64,000 nucleotides of DNA from an uncultured delta proteobacterium (GTDB lineage Bacteria > Desulfobacterota > Desulfobacteria > Desulfobacterales > JAHEIW01), in the NCBI GenBank assembly GCA_963706575.1, contig CAVPNL010000013.1, positions 32,001-96,000 on the forward strand, given 5' to 3'. The first letter of the stretch is position 1. Every line of letters starts with the position of its first letter. Shown piece by piece: positions 61,569 to 64,000 of this stretch. Position numbers and translations under genes: made by a program. A model generated the notes under the pieces. It searched no databases and was not told where the DNA came from. It was given only the letters and a program-made list of their open reading frames with translations.

Positions 61569-62828
61569 CTATCTAACCTCTGAACCTTTGAACGGTGACA
61601 AGGGCCCTTTTTGCCTGTTGCTGAGGAAATCAACCGCGCAACAGGCTTGAATTGCTGCGCCCAGAGGCATGACCTCCTCATTAAAATCAAAAAAGGGGCT
61701 GTGAAGCGGGTGGATGAAACCCAGAGCGGGATTTGCGGTTCCCAGGAGCCAGTGAGCACCGGGAACCTTCTGATGGAAGTAGGCGACATCTTCCCCGGTC
61801 ATGCTGGGGGATTGCTTGTCGATGACGTTGTCGACCGGCAGAATTTTGCATGCAGAATCCTTGAATTCCGCAGCCAGCTCCGGATGGTTGAATACCGACG
61901 GATATTCCATCTTAATTTCCAGGCGGTGGGTCCCACCGCTCGTCCGGGCCACACCCCGCGCCACCTGGTCCAATTCAGCGGCCAGCGCTTCGCGCTTCTC
62001 CGGATCGAGGGTCCGGATGGAGCCTGTCAGCGTGACCTCTTCAGGTATAATGTTACTGGCCGTTCCCCCGTGAACCGTACAAAATGAAAGGATCGCGGGA
62101 TCCAGGGGATTTACTTTCCGGGTAACAATGGTTTGACCGGCCATGATCACCATTGCGGCCATGATGACCGGATCCACGCCTTCATGGGGGCTGGCGACAT
62201 GGCAGCCTTTGCCGATCATTCTTAGAACAAATTCCGCCGATGAGATCGTGCAGAAGCCGGGTTTTATCCCGATGGTGCCTTCCGGCAAATCGGGGTTCAG
62301 GTGCAGTGAAAAGATTCCATCGACATCGGGATTTCTAAGGGCACCATCCTTTATCATGGGTATGGCACCGCCGGGCGCCTGATCCTCGCTGGGCTGAAAG
62401 ACGAACTTGACGCTGCCCTTGAGTCGATCCGAAAACTTGCAGAGCAAACTGGCGGTCCCCAGCAGGATGGCCGTGTGCCCGTCGTGACCGCAGCAATGCG
62501 CAACACCGGATTTGGTCGAAGCATAGGGAACGGCATTTTTTTCTTCCATCGGAAGTGCATCCATGTCGGCACGCAGGGCAACACATTTTCCCGCCTCCTT
62601 GGCTGAGAGGGTGGCGACAACGCCATGACCGCCGATACCGCTGTGCACATCGAGTCCGAGATGCTTTAAATAGTCGGCAACAATGCGGGATGTTCGAACT
62701 TCTTGCGTCCCGAGGTCGGGGTGCTTATGCAGGTCTCTGCGGATTTCACGCATCTGGTTTAGGAGATTTCCGGCTTCCTGTAAAAAACGATGTGGCTTCA
62801 CGATATGCAAATCTTTTTTCTGCTTCAC
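61569..62828 (-). CDS. M20D family amidohydrolase
   Basis: RRDLHKHPDLG, LRADMDALP, HCCGHDGH, FQPSED, GEDV, LHSP.FDF; GTG start with RBS AAGGGAG. Confidence 0.93.
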   Translation of the reverse strand: MKQKKDLHIVKPHRFLQEAGNLLNQMREIRRDLHKHPDLGTQEVRTSRIVADYLKHLGLDVHSGIGGHGVVATLSAKEAGKCVALRADMDALPMEEKNAVPYASTKSGVAHCCGHDGHTAILLGTASLLCKFSDRLKGSVKFVFQPSEDQAPGGAIPMIKDGALRNPDVDGIFSLHLNPDLPEGTIGIKPGFCTISSAEFVLRMIGKGCHVASPHEGVDPVIMAAMVIMAGQTIVTRKVNPLDPAILSFCTVHGGTASNIIPEEVTLTGSIRTLDPEKREALAAELDQVARGVARTSGGTHRLEIKMEYPSVFNHPELAAEFKDSACKILPVDNVIDKQSPSMTGEDVAYFHQKVPGAHWLLGTANPALGFIHPLHSPFFDFNEEVMPLGAAIQACCAVDFLSNRQKGPLSPFKGSEVR

Positions 62829-62844
62829 CTTGGCTCCCTTTGTG

Positions 62845-64000
62845 TTAAGGGATCTTCTCAATCCGGACGGGAATGGCTTTTAACAGGGGAAAACCGCTGA
62901 TCGGGTCATTGATATTATCGTAGGTTACCAGATTAACATTGCTATCCTGCCAGCCGTGTGGGATTTCAACGAAACCCGGAAGAATTTGTGCGTCGTTGGC
63001 TATTTTTACCCGGACTTGCACCGCGCCGATTTCCGATACGACCCTGACCTGTTCCGTGTTTTCAATTCCCAGGCTGGCGGCATCTTCAGGATTCATCTCC
63101 ATTTCTGCGACGGGAAAGGCTTTACGAAACTTTGGAATATTATGATATCTCGAGTGGTAGTAGAGCGGGTTGCGTGCGCCGGTGTTTAGTACAAAAGGAA
63201 AATCGTTGCTGGGATTACGAAGGTAACGGGGCGCGATATACTCCGGGATTTCGGGGAGATTGAGTTCTTTCAAATATTGTGATGTAAATTCAATCTTTCC
63301 GGACCTCGTCGGGAAGGGCCGGGCTTCATATTTCTTATAACACATGGGTTTGTAAACAATACCTTCGGAATGTTTTTGCAGCGCTTCCAGAGAAATGCCG
63401 GTCGGCTCCAGAATCCAGCGGTTCACCTCTTCTTCGTTTTTCCACGGAAAATATTCTTTCCCAAAACCGAGGCGGTGGGCCAGATCATGCCACAGTGAGT
63501 ACTCATCATGCACACCCTCAATCTCCGCCACTTTGGCGGTCAGCACAACCCTTTGGTATTTTGGATGAAAATGGAGCTCAGATCTTTCAAGAAAGCTGGC
63601 CGCCGGCAGAACATAATGCGCCAGCTGGGCCGTTTCAGTGAGGAACAGATCATTTACCACCAGAAGTTCCAGTGACGAAAGCGCCTGAACAACTTTTCTT
63701 GTATTGGGATTGTTAATCGCCGGATTGGCTGCGGTCATGATGATTCCTTTGAGGGGGTATTCACCGTTTCCGAGCATGTAATCCATGGCTGTCATGGTGT
63801 GGCACTCCCAGCGGTAATCATAAAGGACCGGAAACTTATCCGCCCCGATCGGCTTCTGATCGCGGAGTGAAATCTCGTCACATAAGGAGAGTTTGCGCTC
63901 TCCCAGTGCTTCAGGCCAGGTGAATCCCCCTTTGATATCAAGCGCGCCGCAGAGGGCTACCAGGCAAGCAATCGTGCGGACGTCGTTGACACCATTTTCC
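62845..64000 (-). CDS. Molybdopterin oxidoreductase (DMSO reductase family), C-terminal part; 5' end lies outside the window
   Basis: Frame open from 64000 (ENGVNDVRTIACLVALCGALDIKGG) through DLFLTETAQLAHYVLPAA, TRSGKIEF, HSRY, EMNPEDA, PHGW. Confidence 0.92.
   Translation of the reverse strand, partial: ENGVNDVRTIACLVALCGALDIKGGFTWPEALGERKLSLCDEISLRDQKPIGADKFPVLYDYRWECHTMTAMDYMLGNGEYPLKGIIMTAANPAINNPNTRKVVQALSSLELLVVNDLFLTETAQLAHYVLPAASFLERSELHFHPKYQRVVLTAKVAEIEGVHDEYSLWHDLAHRLGFGKEYFPWKNEEEVNRWILEPTGISLEALQKHSEGIVYKPMCYKKYEARPFPTRSGKIEFTSQYLKELNLPEIPEYIAPRYLRNPSNDFPFVLNTGARNPLYYHSRYHNIPKFRKAFPVAEMEMNPEDAASLGIENTEQVRVVSEIGAVQVRVKIANDAQILPGFVEIPHGWQDSNVNLVTYDNINDPISGFPLLKAIPVRIEKIP

Overview
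Gene-dense bacterial chromosomal segment. Gene content, sigma-54/sigma-28 promoters and intergenic repeat style point to an anaerobic Desulfobacterales-like deltaproteobacterium (inference). Many genes are broken by single-base indels, about 10 of them in the 40.6-41.9 kb Mo-enzyme gene, which looks like uncorrected long-read error. I found no rRNA, tRNA, CRISPR array, transposase or integrase. Routine genes include carB, ubiG, tdh-kbl, lemA/M48 peptidase, chrA, two MscS, two DMT, NlpC/P60 and a MetF-like gene. Most interesting: (1) a pyrrolysine-free MtmB-family methyltransferase with a corrinoid protein and a polar amino acid ABC importer, divergent from tdh-kbl; (2) three sigma-54 promoters sharing the same two-box enhancer layout at nearly fixed spacing, next to a 7TM-DISM kinase and NtrC-type activator; (3) a PlsA/PlsR (Ger-like) ether-lipid reductase pair with a lipid-flippase-domain gene under one of those promoters; (4) a Tat-less Mo-enzyme/FeS/flavoprotein operon divergent from a TauE exporter; (5) a TA-flanked miniature inverted-repeat element whose internal stems covary; (6) a D-cysteine/cysteate lyase plus racemase pair; (7) an unannotated 52-aa CPxCG zinc-finger microprotein and a structured terminator-containing leader ahead of a large Ca-binding surface protein. 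Coordinates were read by eye; some starts and all indel positions are approximate.
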